Of a stretch of DNA of 64,000 nucleotides, positions 23,108 through 35,545 are shown piece after piece; position 1 is the first letter of the stretch; every line of letters begins with the position of its first letter. The stretch is from Pseudogymnoascus verrucosus (taxonomy: Eukaryota). The notes under the pieces were generated by a model. It made no database searches. It was not told the DNA's origin and saw only the letters and a program-made list of their open reading frames with translations. Position numbers and translations under genes: made by a program. Location: assembly GCA_001662655.1 (NCBI GenBank), contig KV460207.1; one strand, written 5' to 3'.

Positions 23108-26100
23108 TTAAAACATACCCCCCATCCCCCCCCCCTCCCCCTGTTCCCTACCAGGAAACCCCCCCGCCCCAGCACTAACAGGCATAGGCACCCTCTCCAC
23201 CGTCAACCCCCCATTCCCTCCCCCCGCACCCCCAGCCGCCGAGCGCGCTCTAGCAGCAAGGTTTCCGCCTTCACTACTCGTCTTCCTCAACCTCTGCCTT
23301 GCGCGCGGTCCAACTGCTGCTGCCGCCGCATCATCGCCCTCAAAGACGGAACTGCTCAGGACTTCTCCCGCACCACCACCACCACCCGATCCAGAAGCGC
23401 TATCACTCCCCTCCGCCGAAACATCGCGACGTTTCCAAAACATCCCCGTCCTCGTCCTGCGCCTAGGATCCATCGCCGGAACCTCCGGCTTCCCTTCCCC
23501 CTCTCCCACTCCCATGCCCGCGAACGTCGTAGCGACAGGCTGGGAGTTGACGGGGCTGGTGGGTAATTCGACGGTTGAGACTTTATTCGTACTAGACACA
23601 AACACCGGATCAGAGATATCCCTCTTATTAACACTCCTCTTCCTCCCCTTCCCCCCGCCCCCCACACCCGCCGCCGCGCTCGCCGCAGAAGCAGCGGCAA
23701 TAGCCGCCGCAGCCGCAGCAGCCGACCCCGACCCACTCGACGACGAAGGCGTCAACGGTGTCGTCGGTCCGGAACCCCCAGGTAAGCCATTAGGCGTAGG
23801 AACCAGCGCAGGCGTGGAGTTAACCGCGAATGGCACCACCGGGCTCGGTCGCGGGGAGTTATTTGACCCAGAGGCGGCGCTGTAGGCTGTCCCTAGGGAA
23901 TCGAGGTTTAACTGCATCCCCTGAAACTGCTGCTGCTGCTGTGCTTGGGAGCGACTCGCACTCCTCGATCTCGGGGACGGGGCACCGTTTCCCACCCCGT
24001 TGTTCCCAGCAAAAGGGACAGCAGGCGGTGGGAAGGTAGGTGAATTAATAGTCGACAACCCCCCCTCTCCCCCCCTCAGCTGCGGCCCCGGGCCCCCACC
24101 ACCCCTCCCCCCATACCCAGACGCACTAGCATTACTCCCACTCCTCTCCCTCGTCCCCGGTCTACTCCCCCCACTCCCAGCACCACTCTCCACGCTCCCC
24201 GCCCTCGGCGCGCGATAGCTCACAGGCGGCGCGTCGCGACTAGGCGAGCGCGTCCTCATAGCAGGGTGATGTCTATCATTCCCGCCCTGTCCGTGTGGCG
24301 CGGCTCTCTGCCTCGGCTGCTGCTGCATCCCCTGCTGCTGCTGTTGCTGACGCCCCGCAGCACCAAAATAATCATCCGAATCACTCCCCCCCGTCCCCGC
24401 CCTATGACGATTCATAACCTGCCTTTCCCGTTCCCTCTGCGCATCCCGTCTCTTATCCCTAAAACTCTTCAACCCCTGTGGCGCCGCCCCACCAGCACCA
24501 CCACCACCAGTTGGAGGACCCCTCGGCGCGCTCCTCGGCGGCGGCGGCGCAGAATTCTCATAATTACTACTAGCATACCCCCCACCCCCCGCGGAATCAG
24601 AATCATAATGCGACCTCGGTGGCGGACCCTGCTGGTTATGCGGGTGCGGGTGATCATCATAATGCGTCCCCGGCGGCGTGGTCCTCTCCCCCCCGCTCAT
24701 CCCGAGCATCTTCCTCGCCTTACTCTGCGGACCCGCTGAGGAATCCCGTGATCGGGGGACGAGGGACTCGCGACTCGTCATCCCCTTCATGAAGTTGAGA
24801 TGATTTGAGCGCGGTGTCGGGCCGGCACCACCACCGCTGCCTGAGGCCGTGCGCTGCGCGCTGTTCGGCGGTGGCGTCTCCATCCCCCCGCGAACAGGGG
24901 ACTGGGAGCGGCTGTCTGATTCGGCGAAACTCCTCAGGTTATCTTGTACGCGCTTCCGGCGCGCAGCGAGCTCGGAGGCGAAATCTTCGCGCTCGCGTTG
25001 GGATTCGGTGGATGCATCGCGGCTGTGGTGGTGATTAATCGCTTTCTCCCATGAAGGCGTATCCGAGGGCGCTGGGGAAGCGGCGCGAGGGGTCAAGTGT
25101 GAAGGCGTGGCTGCTGGGCTGGATATCGCAGCGGGTTGTTGGAAGGCGGAGATGTTGGGGTGGGGAGCCCAATCGTTGTCTGTGGCGTTGGTGGCGGGTG
25201 TGTCGTCCCAGGGGTTACCGTTCATGGTGTAATCCGCAGCTTGATACTGCGGTCCTAGAACAGGGGATGGCGGGCCGCCGATGGAAGAGGTGTTACTCTC
25301 GCTGCGGAGATGTTGGCGGATGATCCCGCTCAGTCCGCTGGCAGGCAGCGTCGGTGAGTCTAGCGGCGATGCAACCTTTGTCTTCTCAACCTTGACATCC
25401 TCCGGGGTCTTCGAGGGGACCTTAGCCTGCTGCTGCGGAGGCGACCGCAGCGGCGCCTCCATCTTCTGCATCCCCCTCTGCTCATCCAGATCCCTCAACT
25501 TCAACCGATCCTGTCTAAACGCAGGATGCTCCGTCTCCACCCTCCTTGCCGCCAGAGGCGCAGGCGCAATCGCAGGCGCAGGCGCGCGAACCTCAAACTC
25601 ATCATACGCCGCAGCCTGCTCCCACGCATTCGCGGCACCCGTCGCCTCTCCACTCCCCCTAGGTGAGCTAGCCGCGCTACTGTCACCAGGACTCGTGAGG
25701 AACGATCCCATCGACGCCGACTGCGGTTGGGGCTCTGGCGGCGGCTCTCTCTTGGGAGGGAACATGCGTTCACGGGGTTGGAATTCGCGCTGCGTGGATG
25801 ACGACCGCGATACATCGGATTGGTATGTGGCATTCGACCCCGCGCGGTTGCGTGGCGCGGTATCCTGGCCGGCGGCGTTTGGAACGAAGGACTGAGGGGG
25901 TGCGTGTTTGCGGAGCGGTGGTGTCTCGCGGCCTTGTTGCATCTGGAGCTGCCTCTGCGTGTATTTCCTCTCATCATATGGCTGTGCGGGCTTTGCAAAC
26001 GCTCCCAGAGCAGTAGCTTTCCCCTTGTCGTTCGGTTGGATCGGCAGAGCCGACTTGTCCTCGGTTTCACTGATAGGCGAACTCAGGGGTGGCGTGGTGA

Positions 26101-27283
26101 CAAACGGCTTCAACGCATCCTTGGTAGTCGGCTTGGTGCCGAAGTCGAATCCGCCGTTATTCGGTGATGTCGGGCTGCTCAACGGAACCCTTTGTTGTCT
26201 CCCCGCGTTGGAACTCGGTCCCTCAATCGGCGATGGGACAGGCGACCCAGCTGGCGAGGGGCTTCTTGCACCTAGATTCCTTCCCTGTCTCGACAGATTA
26301 TCCAGTCTATTCGCAGCCGAGAACTGCTGCGTATGCAAATGCTGATCCAGACCCGTCTCATACAATCTCTTCGTCTTCGTAAACGAGCGCTCCGGCCCCG
26401 GCACCGCAGGCGTAGTAGGCGCACTACTCTGCCCCGTCACAGACGGCGTGCGCTGCGACGTAACCGACGTCGCCGCCGTCGACATACGCGTCCCATTCGG
26501 TCCCGACGAGGTCGTCGACGACGTCTCGCGATTGCGATTATACCCCAACGGGGGCGACTCCGAGCGATACGCCTCCTCATTACTGCGCCTCTCGCTCTCC
26601 CTCTCCCTCTCCTCGCGCTCACGCTCCTTCAGCTTCTGGAACGCGGATTGGCTCACGTCGTCGCCGTAGAGGGCGCGACCTCCGAGCCCGCTGGACTCGC
26701 CAGTGCCGTTGAGGGACTTCATGGATGCCGATCCTCCCATGGGGATCTTGTAGATCTTCTGTCGTCCGCCGAAGAGGTTGTTTCCCTCCGCTGGCTTGCC
26801 GCGCGACATGATACTCTCCTGTGCGTCGGTCTCGGAGCTGCCCGCAGACGACTGGAAGGAATCCATCCTATCCAGCGCGAACGGGCGGCGCGTCGCCTCT
26901 CTGATCGATCCCACCTCGGCAATATCACTGAGTCCCTGCGGCGTGAAGCCGAAATCGTTGAGCCGCGACTGTCTCTTTGGGAAGAGCACACTATCATCGC
27001 TGGCCTTTCCAATCTTCGACTTCGGGTCGTCCTGCTCGCGCAGCATGGAGAAGCGGGCTGATAGTCCCGTCATGAGCAGACTCGTCCTGAAATCGTCGGA
27101 GGCGGGGAGGGCGTTGACGAGATCGAGCTCCATGCGCGGCGGCGGCTCGTTCTTCTCTTTCTTCCTGCGGAATGTCATGGCCGGTTTCAGGGGTGTCAAT
27201 GTGGGCGCTGCGGAATCGTTGGAGGGGCGGGCGGGCGCCTCGTCGGCGGCCTTGGCCTTCTTCTTGGTGCGGAAGCGGTTCAT
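23108..27283 (-). CDS. Large, mostly disordered fungal hypothetical protein (~1391 aa) with a CRIB-like motif near the C-terminus
   Basis: Single long ORF with likely start MNRFRTKKKAK (ACCATG, 27283). An upstream GTGAGT...GCTAAC...CAG intron (27383-27317) lies in the 5' UTR. Non-random blocks DDFRTSLLMTGLSARFSMLREQDDP, EGNNLFGGRQKIYKIP and KRDISDPVFVSST. Confidence 0.85.
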   Translation of the reverse strand: MNRFRTKKKAKAADEAPARPSNDSAAPTLTPLKPAMTFRRKKEKNEPPPRMELDLVNALPASDDFRTSLLMTGLSARFSMLREQDDPKSKIGKASDDSVLFPKRQSRLNDFGFTPQGLSDIAEVGSIREATRRPFALDRMDSFQSSAGSSETDAQESIMSRGKPAEGNNLFGGRQKIYKIPMGGSASMKSLNGTGESSGLGGRALYGDDVSQSAFQKLKEREREERERESERRSNEEAYRSESPPLGYNRNRETSSTTSSGPNGTRMSTAATSVTSQRTPSVTGQSSAPTTPAVPGPERSFTKTKRLYETGLDQHLHTQQFSAANRLDNLSRQGRNLGARSPSPAGSPVPSPIEGPSSNAGRQQRVPLSSPTSPNNGGFDFGTKPTTKDALKPFVTTPPLSSPISETEDKSALPIQPNDKGKATALGAFAKPAQPYDERKYTQRQLQMQQGRETPPLRKHAPPQSFVPNAAGQDTAPRNRAGSNATYQSDVSRSSSTQREFQPRERMFPPKREPPPEPQPQSASMGSFLTSPGDSSAASSPRGSGEATGAANAWEQAAAYDEFEVRAPAPAIAPAPLAARRVETEHPAFRQDRLKLRDLDEQRGMQKMEAPLRSPPQQQAKVPSKTPEDVKVEKTKVASPLDSPTLPASGLSGIIRQHLRSESNTSSIGGPPSPVLGPQYQAADYTMNGNPWDDTPATNATDNDWAPHPNISAFQQPAAISSPAATPSHLTPRAASPAPSDTPSWEKAINHHHSRDASTESQREREDFASELAARRKRVQDNLRSFAESDSRSQSPVRGGMETPPPNSAQRTASGSGGGAGPTPRSNHLNFMKGMTSRESLVPRSRDSSAGPQSKARKMLGMSGGERTTPPGTHYDDHPHPHNQQGPPPRSHYDSDSAGGGGYASSNYENSAPPPPRSAPRGPPTGGGGAGGAAPQGLKSFRDKRRDAQRERERQVMNRHRAGTGGSDSDDYFGAAGRQQQQQQGMQQQPRQRAAPHGQGGNDRHHPAMRTRSPSRDAPPVSYRAPRAGSVESGAGSGGSRPGTRERSGSNASASGYGGRGGGGPGPQLRGGEGGLSTINSPTFPPPAVPFAGNNGVGNGAPSPRSRSASRSQAQQQQQFQGMQLNLDSLGTAYSAASGSNNSPRPSPVVPFAVNSTPALVPTPNGLPGGSGPTTPLTPSSSSGSGSAAAAAAAIAAASAASAAAGVGGGGKGRKRSVNKRDISDPVFVSSTNKVSTVELPTSPVNSQPVATTFAGMGVGEGEGKPEVPAMDPRRRTRTGMFWKRRDVSAEGSDSASGSGGGGGAGEVLSSSVFEGDDAAAAAVGPRARQRLRKTSSEGGNLAARARSAAGGAGGGNGGLTVERVPMPVSAGAGGFPGREQGEGGGMGGMF

Positions 27284-28578
27284 GGTGAGTGTGGTTTTGC
27301 AAGTTGTGGCCTGCGACTGGGGAGAGGGGTTAGCTCTTGTGGTGGGAGGTGGAAGCTGGAGATGGGGAGTTGCTTGCACTCACCCTTTAAATTATATTTC
27401 CTCAACTGAGCTTATCGTAGCTCTCAACGAAAGTAGATATCCCTAACTGGCAATCCAGCCGTCTCACGCCCTCGTACGCGTAGCAGTGAGCGTAGAGCAG
27501 CAATGTATCCGCGTCGTCATGTAGATAGTCGAGTACCGGTGCCAAGTGAGTGTAATCCAGTCGTCGGGTCGAGTCGTGTAGTCTCGCAAGCAGCCGAACG
27601 TCTCGAGAGAGAGCAACGTCGTCGTCGTATATATCAAGTCAACTCACTCGTTCGTCTCCGTTTGCACGCCTCAAAGCAAACGAATTGGAAATCGAGTTAG
27701 TATCGAGGGGAGAGAGTGAGTGTATAGGTGTATGGCGAATTTCGCGTTCTGTCACCTGCAGTCGGTCGAGGACAAACGGGGGGCCGTGGGCTCGCTTTGG
27801 CGATGGAGGGTCTGAGTCTGAGTCTGCCGTCCGAGCTGCAGTGCTGTGCAGTGACGTGGAGTGGAGTTGGATTGCGAGACTCGGGAGGAACAGTGTCTCT
27901 GTGGGATGTCCAATTCCGGTCAATAGTATATACAACAGACTGCGAGAGGGCGATTTGTTCGAAAATGAAGGTCGTTTTTGTCGAGGTCGGGTCGAGGTCG
28001 TTTGGTTTGTCGGGGAGAATAATGTACAGTAAAGTGTAGTAGATAAAAAATACAAGCCGACAAGACAGACAGGCACCACACTACACACACAAACGCGCGC
28101 ACAGATACAAAATGGGAAAATGGGGATAGGCAGGCAAAAAAGTTAAGGTGTACTATAGTTTGTAGTGGTAGTGGTAGTGTAAAGTGTAACGGAGTAACAT
28201 GTACTTTGAGGTGTTGGCGGAGATCCCTCCCCAATGCTTGTCTAGGGGGTAGGGGGCCTTCAAGGAAGAGAAGCAGAAGAGCGGGTGGTCAGTTCTGACA
28301 AGGCTCAGTCTGGCAGAGAGGAGTAGAGTATGAGTATCTTTCGTGCGTACCTGACTGACTGACTCTCTGTGGAGTACTCGTCTCTGTGGGTGATAACTGG
28401 TCAGTACTAGCAATTACAGCAATCATAGCAATCATAGCCCCCCGCTCCACGACATTTTTTTCCAATGGGAGGAGTAGACAGGGGGTGACGACAGGCAGTA
28501 GACAGGCAAAGGCAGGTACAGACAGGGCAAGAGGCAGGTACGGACGGGTGTGGGTGGTGGGATTGTGGGTGGCAGACC

Positions 28579-28633
28579 AGAGTGGGTGGCAGAGTGGGTG
28601 GCAGAGTGGGTGGCAGAGTGGGTGGCAGAGTGG
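28579..28633. repeat. 12-bp tandem repeat (CAGAGTGGGTGG) x~4.5
   Basis: Seen directly. Confidence 0.9.
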
Positions 28634-29430
28634 GGATAGGAATTGTCTGGGTGGAGGAGGGCGACGGGCCTGTAATTTCGCGATCGACGAAGGTGGAGGA
28701 GTGCTAGAGAGTGGAGGAGTGCTAAAGAGTGCTAAGGGGAGAGTATTGGGGCGCTAGAAGAGGGTAGTGGGAGAAAGTGTAATATGGGAAGTATTGTAGA
28801 GTACTCCCATGTATGTTTGTCTAGATAGATGGGTGGATGTATGTACGGCCGATGTATGGGCGTATGTGCTTGCGACTGTAACATAACACACCCGGCATCT
28901 GTTGCCAATATTCTACGGAGTACAGTGATAATCCTAGCACAGCGCAGCCGGGCTGTACTACAACGGGATGGTTGGCGGGTAGAAGGACGCAGGTACGCAG
29001 GGGAAAGGAGAAGGTAAAGCAGAGAGGAAAGGGGAAGAACGAACATAAGGCAGGCACAAGAAAGGAGTCCTCTAGTCCTCCACGAAACAGGAATCTCGCG
29101 TTTCGGCCTCTGTGCCTACCGCGGTAGACCTGCATATTGACAGTTGTGAGTGGTTGATCCCCCTCTGCGTCCGACGCACTACCGACCGGAGCAGAGCGTG
29201 CGTCCTTGTATGTATGTAATGTAATGCACGCTTATGCACGCTGTAAGGTACGAGACACATAGCACGCGTCGCGGTGGAGAGACACAAAAACCATACATCA
29301 GCGATTACCACCTACCACCTACCACCTACCACTACCACTACCACTCCAGAAGTGTAGGATCTCACTCACCACCAAGACACAAAACAAGAGCCATACATGA
29401 CAGACTCCAGACATCAGACGCCGATAACAT

Positions 29431-29489
29431 GCAGACAGCGGGCAAATCAGACATACAGCGGGCATCGGACATACAGCGGGCATCGGACT
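29431..29489. repeat. 18-bp tandem repeat (GACATACAGCGGGCATCG-like) x~3
   Basis: gcagacagcgggcaaatcagacatacagcgggcatcggacatacagcgggcatcggac seen directly. Confidence 0.8.
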
Positions 29490-31914
29490 GTACTACTCTA
29501 CTCTAATCTACTCTACTCTACTTCCTTTCCTCTCCCGTCTCGTCCGCGGGAGATTAACAGTGGTGGCTTGTTTACCACTCCACACGCCACCAACTACTCT
29601 ACCCGCGTACTATCCTCCACTGAAGAGTAGCACAGTAAAAGCGTTGAGATATCTCCGTTGATTGTCTCAGATCACTCTTACCAGCGCGTCGTCATGTACC
29701 CGAGGAAGCTCCCTCCCTCCCTCCTTACCTTACCTCTATCCGACTCTGTAGCTGGATATTGTTTGTGCACCCGCCAACGTCTTCTACGTGTAACTTCCCA
29801 TCTCCCTCCATCCACCTAGCTAATCTACCCATAATCGTCGCCCTCCTCATCCCCCATCCTGCCCTGTCCCATCACCGATCTCAACCCCTTCCACACTTCC
29901 CACACTTCCCACATCCTCTGTCCCTGAATCTCGGGATAACAGGGGGAAGTGGGGTTTGTCAACCGTAGTCTACTCCCAACTAGCGTACCACACCAGCCAC
30001 CAGCCAATTAGAAGATCGCTGCCCCTTTTCCCTCCCGGCCGGCTCGCCTAAGCAGTTTCCCACACACACCACTTGTCAAATTTCACTACTACCACTACTG
30101 CCAAACCGTACATTGGGTGGTGATTATGTAAGCATAGAATCGACCAGTCACCTCACAAAAGGCGGATATGACAGTTTCCTGCCTCCCAGACAGAAAATAC
30201 GAGAGGAAAAAGCTAGTCATTGCCATGCAAAGAACAAAAGCAGGGGACCACGGCACGGCAAGTATGACAGGACCACAGGGTGCCAGCAACACGGCATGTA
30301 GGGTGCTTGAAGAAAACCCTCGAATATGACGGTAACAATATCAAGTGCACAGAGGAAAATGACAGAGAAGATGGCGTGTTTCATACTTCAGCTTGCTTTG
30401 CTCGGGTCGGTGTCGTCTACAGGATGTACCCGCGGAAGACGGATGAGTTACACTGGGAAGGGGAAGCGGATGGGGACTTACCAAGATGATGGATCGGAAT
30501 GCGGGTATGTACATTACTGTCGTTAGCCAGGCACCAGCTGGTGGGTTAGAGGTCCACATTCCGCCTCGCCCCGTCGGAATTGCGTACACAGCGGTTGTTG
30601 GGAGGTTATTTCCTGGTTTGGTTGTAGAAATGAGTTCCTTCGCACTGAGTCGTGTACTGCAGTACTGTACAGTGAGTGGTAGATGAGACTATCAACCCCA
30701 TACACCACTCTCCCCTCTCCCCTCTCCCTCCTCATACCTTAATTTCCAACCTCCAACCTCCAACCTCCACCCAACCTCCACCCAACCTCCACCAGCCAGC
30801 TTCTATCCCTTGACTTTGCTTGTACAAATACACTTTGACGATCACAATCACCCCCCAGAGCCTCACCGGTCTCGACCCCTCTCGACCCTCCCGAGGCAAC
30901 AGGTCTTAATAAGCAGGGGAGTTTCAGATATAACCCCCCCTCCCCCTTGGACGCCTTACCCGGGACCATCCACCCGGGGACCCTCTACGGAGTGTACATA
31001 TTGTACGCCTTATGAAGGCCGAGACGAGGCGAGGCGAGATCTGCACCCGCGCTACATCGACGATGGGGGTTTGGGGTGTCGGATATTGGAGGGTCCTTGG
31101 TCATATATGAGTATTCGTCATATACGGAGTAGACGGGTGGTCTGTGGTTGAGGATTCGTACCCGAGAGAGGATTGGATGTGGTGGGAATACTGTAGAACT
31201 CCCAATCCGGGGTTGCCGAGGCAGCTCATTAAAGATCACTCACTCACTTACAGTAATATCCGAATTCCACCGTTTGTTTGGGGTAGATGCTTTCCCCCAA
31301 TTACTCCCACATTACCTCTATATATAAATTATATATAAATAGCTCCTCCCCCCAGCGACTACATATATCTCCGGGAGATCTCCAGGGTTGATTACTCTAT
31401 TCTACTCTACTCTACCATACAGTACTAAACCTTGGAGATGAAAAACTGGACAAGGTATATGCTCCGGATAAAATGCAGTAAGCCGGACGGACCCCAAGGG
31501 ACGTGGGATTCGGTATATAGACTCGGTATGGAGATATACACCCGGCAGTCCGCAGTAAGGTCGTATGTGTGAGATGCGAGGGGTGTGAGATGACGTACTA
31601 TGCGTTTAAATACTCTAGATGATGTGAGATGACATAGTAGGTATACGAGCGGTGCCATGGGGTATATATATATTCTTTCTCTCGCAGTAGATCGTGATTT
31701 GCTTTATAACCTATCCTATCCTATCCTATCCGTTGTGTGGTGAATGAGAAGAGACAGGAGGTTGTGAAATGGTTATAGTGCATATACCAATACCAATACC
31801 AATATAGCGAAAAATATATATATTTCCCAAATGAAAACCTTAAAAATATGAGTTGTATTCATTATATTAACTCGCTGTATAAATATAAAAAAACTAGCCT
31901 TCTCATCCATATAT

Positions 31915-32235
31915 GGAAGGAACGAAAAATATAAAATACAGCTACACACGATCGTTCCTCCCTTTTTTACACAGTCGTTCCTTCCTCACTTAGTCGGTCG
32001 TTCCTTCCTTCAGTAGTTGGTCATTCCTTCCCCTATTAAAATATTTCAAGGGTCGTTCCTTCCCTCAATTGTTAGCCGTTCCTTCCTCAGTTAGTCGGTC
32101 GGTCGTTCCTTCTCCCTTCTCTCTCTTGAGCTGATCGCTCTTTTCTTCTCTAAACCGGGTCGTTCTTTCCCTTTTTTTAAAAAAAAAGTCGTTCCATCTC
32201 TATTTTGGGTATTTCATCAGGTCGTCGTTCATTTA
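31915..32235. repeat. Spaced array of the 12-mer GTCGTTCCTTCC (~11 copies, 23-36 bp period) plus one inverted copy
   Basis: Copies at 31951, 31974, 31997, 32020, 32052, 32075, 32102, 32134, 32159, 32188 and 32224; inverted GGAAGGAACGA at 31915-31925. Confidence 0.85.
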
Positions 32236-32550
32236 CCCCCATCAAGAGTCTTCATCTTAATATCTTAAAACTACTATCTGGCAAGGCATTGTTTTATAAT
32301 ATATATATATATTTTTAAGGGGGGGTGGAATATATAATAAATATTCAACACCACAAAAATATAACCACTTCCCACTTCAAAACAGCCATCCCTCATATAC
32401 CCAATTACTAATATCAAGCCTGCAACACAAAAGGAAACACAAATATACGTAATCATTATATTTCTATACTCTAGCCAGTCCACGCGAGCTCCTTTCTTCA
32501 AACCTGCCGCCGTGACACCGCCCTCCTCAACACCTCCATCCTCGCCATAT

Positions 32551-35074
32551 CTAACCCTCAACTTCCATCTCATCCCCCCCTCCCCCCTCTTTCCCCTTCA
32601 CCTCCTCCTTCCCCACCCCACCCATCCCCCTCACCTCCTCCACCCCCCCTTCTCCATCTCCCCAAACCTCCCCCTTAACCTTCAAAACCTTCACCCCCCC
32701 CTTCTCAACAACCACCACCCTCCCTCCCCCAACCCTCACCCTCTCCGCTCCCTCTTGGACTCTAAACCTTCTCCCCATCCCCTGAACGGTAGTGGGTTTA
32801 GCGGTGTACGAAAGCGGTAGGAAGGGGAGTGCGAGGATGTAGACACCCTCTTTGGATTCCGATCCATCGATGAGAACCAGTAGAACTTCCTCATCTAGGA
32901 ACGCGATATCCTTTACTAACCCGCCGACTTCTACATTCACCCTGCTGGTGGAGGAGGTACCCTCCTCGCCCTGGGGAAGCGCAATTCGCTGTATCGACAA
33001 AGCATCCGATCCAGCAGCGGAGGTAGCGATATACACCACCCCCTCCCCCCTCCCCCCCTCAGCAGTAGTACCACTACACATCCGCATATCCACCCTCCCC
33101 CCCTCTCCCAAAACCTCCTTCCCCACACCACCCACCTCCACCGCATCCCCAAACCTCACATTCCGCTTCTCCGCCTCCGCGATCCCAGTACTCACCGCCG
33201 CCGCCTGTGTCGCCAGATGAGCGGTCAGGGCTGCGATATTCGGTAATGCTTTCTGAAACGCGTTCGTTGGGTCGGGGGAGTTAAGCGCCTTTGCCATTAT
33301 CGGGAAGAGAGGGGTGGTGGTGGAGAGGGCTTCGGTGTGGGATTCTGCGACGGTGGAATCAAGGGGTGTGAAGAACTGCGCCAGCGGCGAGGCCGTCAGT
33401 GATCCCTGTATATACTCCAAGATTTTGGCCGTAGGCACAGTTGCAGCCTCCTTATCATCATCCGCCCCCGCCGCAGATTCCCCAGCAGCCAACCGATCAA
33501 TCTCCCCCCTAACCCACCCCCCAAACGCGGCCCAGCCCTCCACCTCCCCCACCGTCGTAGCCAGGACCCTCGTCGCGGCCAGATTCAGCGCCGCCACCGT
33601 ATCAAGCAGGTTCTTGATCTGTGTGGGGGAGAAACCGAGGGGGGAGTGCGAGGGGTGGTGGTAGGATGCTAGGCCGTGGAGGCGGGAGAGGAGGAGGGAG
33701 GCGCGCTCGAGGGCGGGGAGGAGGTGGGTGTGGGTTAGTTTTAGGAGGGTGGTGTGGGCGGTTGTTAGGGTTTTGTCCCAGCGTTTGTGGCCCTGTGGGT
33801 GGGGGTGTTAGATTGTGCTTGGCTTGAGGGGGAGGGAAGGGGGACATACGCGTTCAGCTAATTCGTCGACGAGCCATTCTTTGACTTCTGGAAGGGTATG
33901 ACCGGTGACGACTTGATGGTACAGAGCGGGAGCTATAGTCCAATCCCCATGCTCAGCAAGCGTCTCATCTATATTCCCCAAAAACCTCGATGGTAAATCC
34001 TGCGTCGCCTGGTACTCCGCCGTCATCAGCGTCTGCACCTGATATATATACCTCAACAAATTCTGCAACGCGCTCGACCTCGACGCTAACAGCGACAGAT
34101 CACTCCTCTCGCTCGTCAAGAACCCCAAGTGCATAGGCACGAAGTAGAGGCCCCCAACTAAGGTGGATGTGGATTTCATGAGCAGTCCATGGACAGCGTG
34201 ATGCGGGTGCGAGGCGTGACGGATTAGCTGATGTCGAGAGGTTTTGGAGGATTTGAGGGGGGAGGGGAAGGTGCCGATGACGAAGGAGTCGAAGATCGTG
34301 AGGTGGATGTGGCCGGTGGAGGTGCCGACGACCATTATGGAGATGGAGTCGTTGTCTTTGGGGTCGAAGGGGCGGAAGAGGGCGTCGAGGGAGGCACGTG
34401 AGCTGAAGATGTCTTCGCTGTTTGCGTGTTAGTAAAGTCTCTCTCTCCTTAGGTTGGTGATTGGAAGAGAGGGGGGCGTACGTGGTTCCCCCGCTTGGTA
34501 GGACGCTGAGCTTGGGCAGGCTGGATTCGATGTCTATAGCGGCCAGATCTCGGGGGAGGTCGAGCAGCTGGGCACTCTTCCCTTTTAATCCTCCCTCAGT
34601 AGCATCTTTCCACAATGACCCGGCCTCGGACAGGATGTCTCCTAGAGACTTTGACGTTGCCGAGTACGTCGTCCAGGCTAAACACGTGACTTCCGTGTCT
34701 TCCTCCTCTGATACAGTGATCTGATGCACCGTCTTATTACTTTCCGCGCCTATCAACCGGACGGTCCCATCGCTCCAGGCAATGGCAATTAGTTGGCCTA
34801 GTAATCAATGTCAGTGATGTTGTGAATGGGAGAGTCTGGATAGGGCCATACCATTGGGCTTCCACACCAGCTTTTGGAGATCCAACACCACGCCCTTCAC
34901 CTTCTGACTCGCGCTGAACACTCGTTGCCCGTTAAGGCGGTAGATGAGGACATTGTGGTCTGCGCCGCCGATGGCCAATAATTCCATAGACGGGCTGTAG
35001 GCCAGTAGGTCGGGGTTGGTGGGGGAGTGCAGGGTCTTTTCGGCGATGACCCGCAGCTGCACTGGGTTCGCCAT
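32551..35074 (-). CDS. APC4: Anaphase-promoting complex subunit 4 (Apc4/Cut20)
   Basis: N-terminal LLAYSPSMELLA...YRLNGQRV...LVWKPNGQLIAIAW (ANAPC4 WD40), plus LPRDLAAIDIESSLPKLS and VKEWLVDELAERGHKRWDK. Exons 35074-34852, 34797-34482, 34417-33850 and 33792-32551. Confidence 0.92.
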
Positions 35075-35545
35075 TATGGGGAGGTTGTGATTTTAAATAG
35101 TGGGATTGGGTATGGGTATCATGCCAGCGCTTTTATCGAGGGGAATTTATAGCACATCTTTTCACTTGGTTGGGGCGTGTATAATTCTAAGCCGGGCAGG
35201 CGCGTCATGTCTGTTTATTCAGTTTGCTAAGCGAGTTCTTCGATTGGGGATGGTGGGAAGAAAGGAGAGGGACAGCAACGACGAAACTTTGAATATTAAT
35301 TGCTTCTACTGCTACGAGATTTATTTAGAAACCGAGTTTATATGAGATCAATTTTAGTCATAAAATGTCACGGCCAACACTGGACCGACGCGTCATGAAC
35401 TCAACACATCATTCATAAATCGATAACGCTTCATCTATTTTTCTACGTGATATCGACATTGATTTCTAGCTTCAAAGAGCCTGCAGCCTTCGACGCCATG
35501 CTCCCTGATTAAAGAAACGTTCGTAACGCTCAATACATGGTCAAA

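Noticed and set aside
27400..31900. Long intergenic region with many short ORFs
   Set aside because: Only microsatellites and low-complexity tracts were seen; no supportable gene or transposase remnant.
31951..32235. CRISPR-like repeat-spacer appearance
   Set aside because: Repeats are only 12 bp, spacers are 11-24 bp and partly similar to each other, there are no cas genes, and the context is eukaryotic.
33597..33850. Apparent frameshift in APC4 suggested by the ORF track
   Set aside because: Resolved by intron 33849-33793; the frame GHKRWDK...LLDTVAALNL is continuous.
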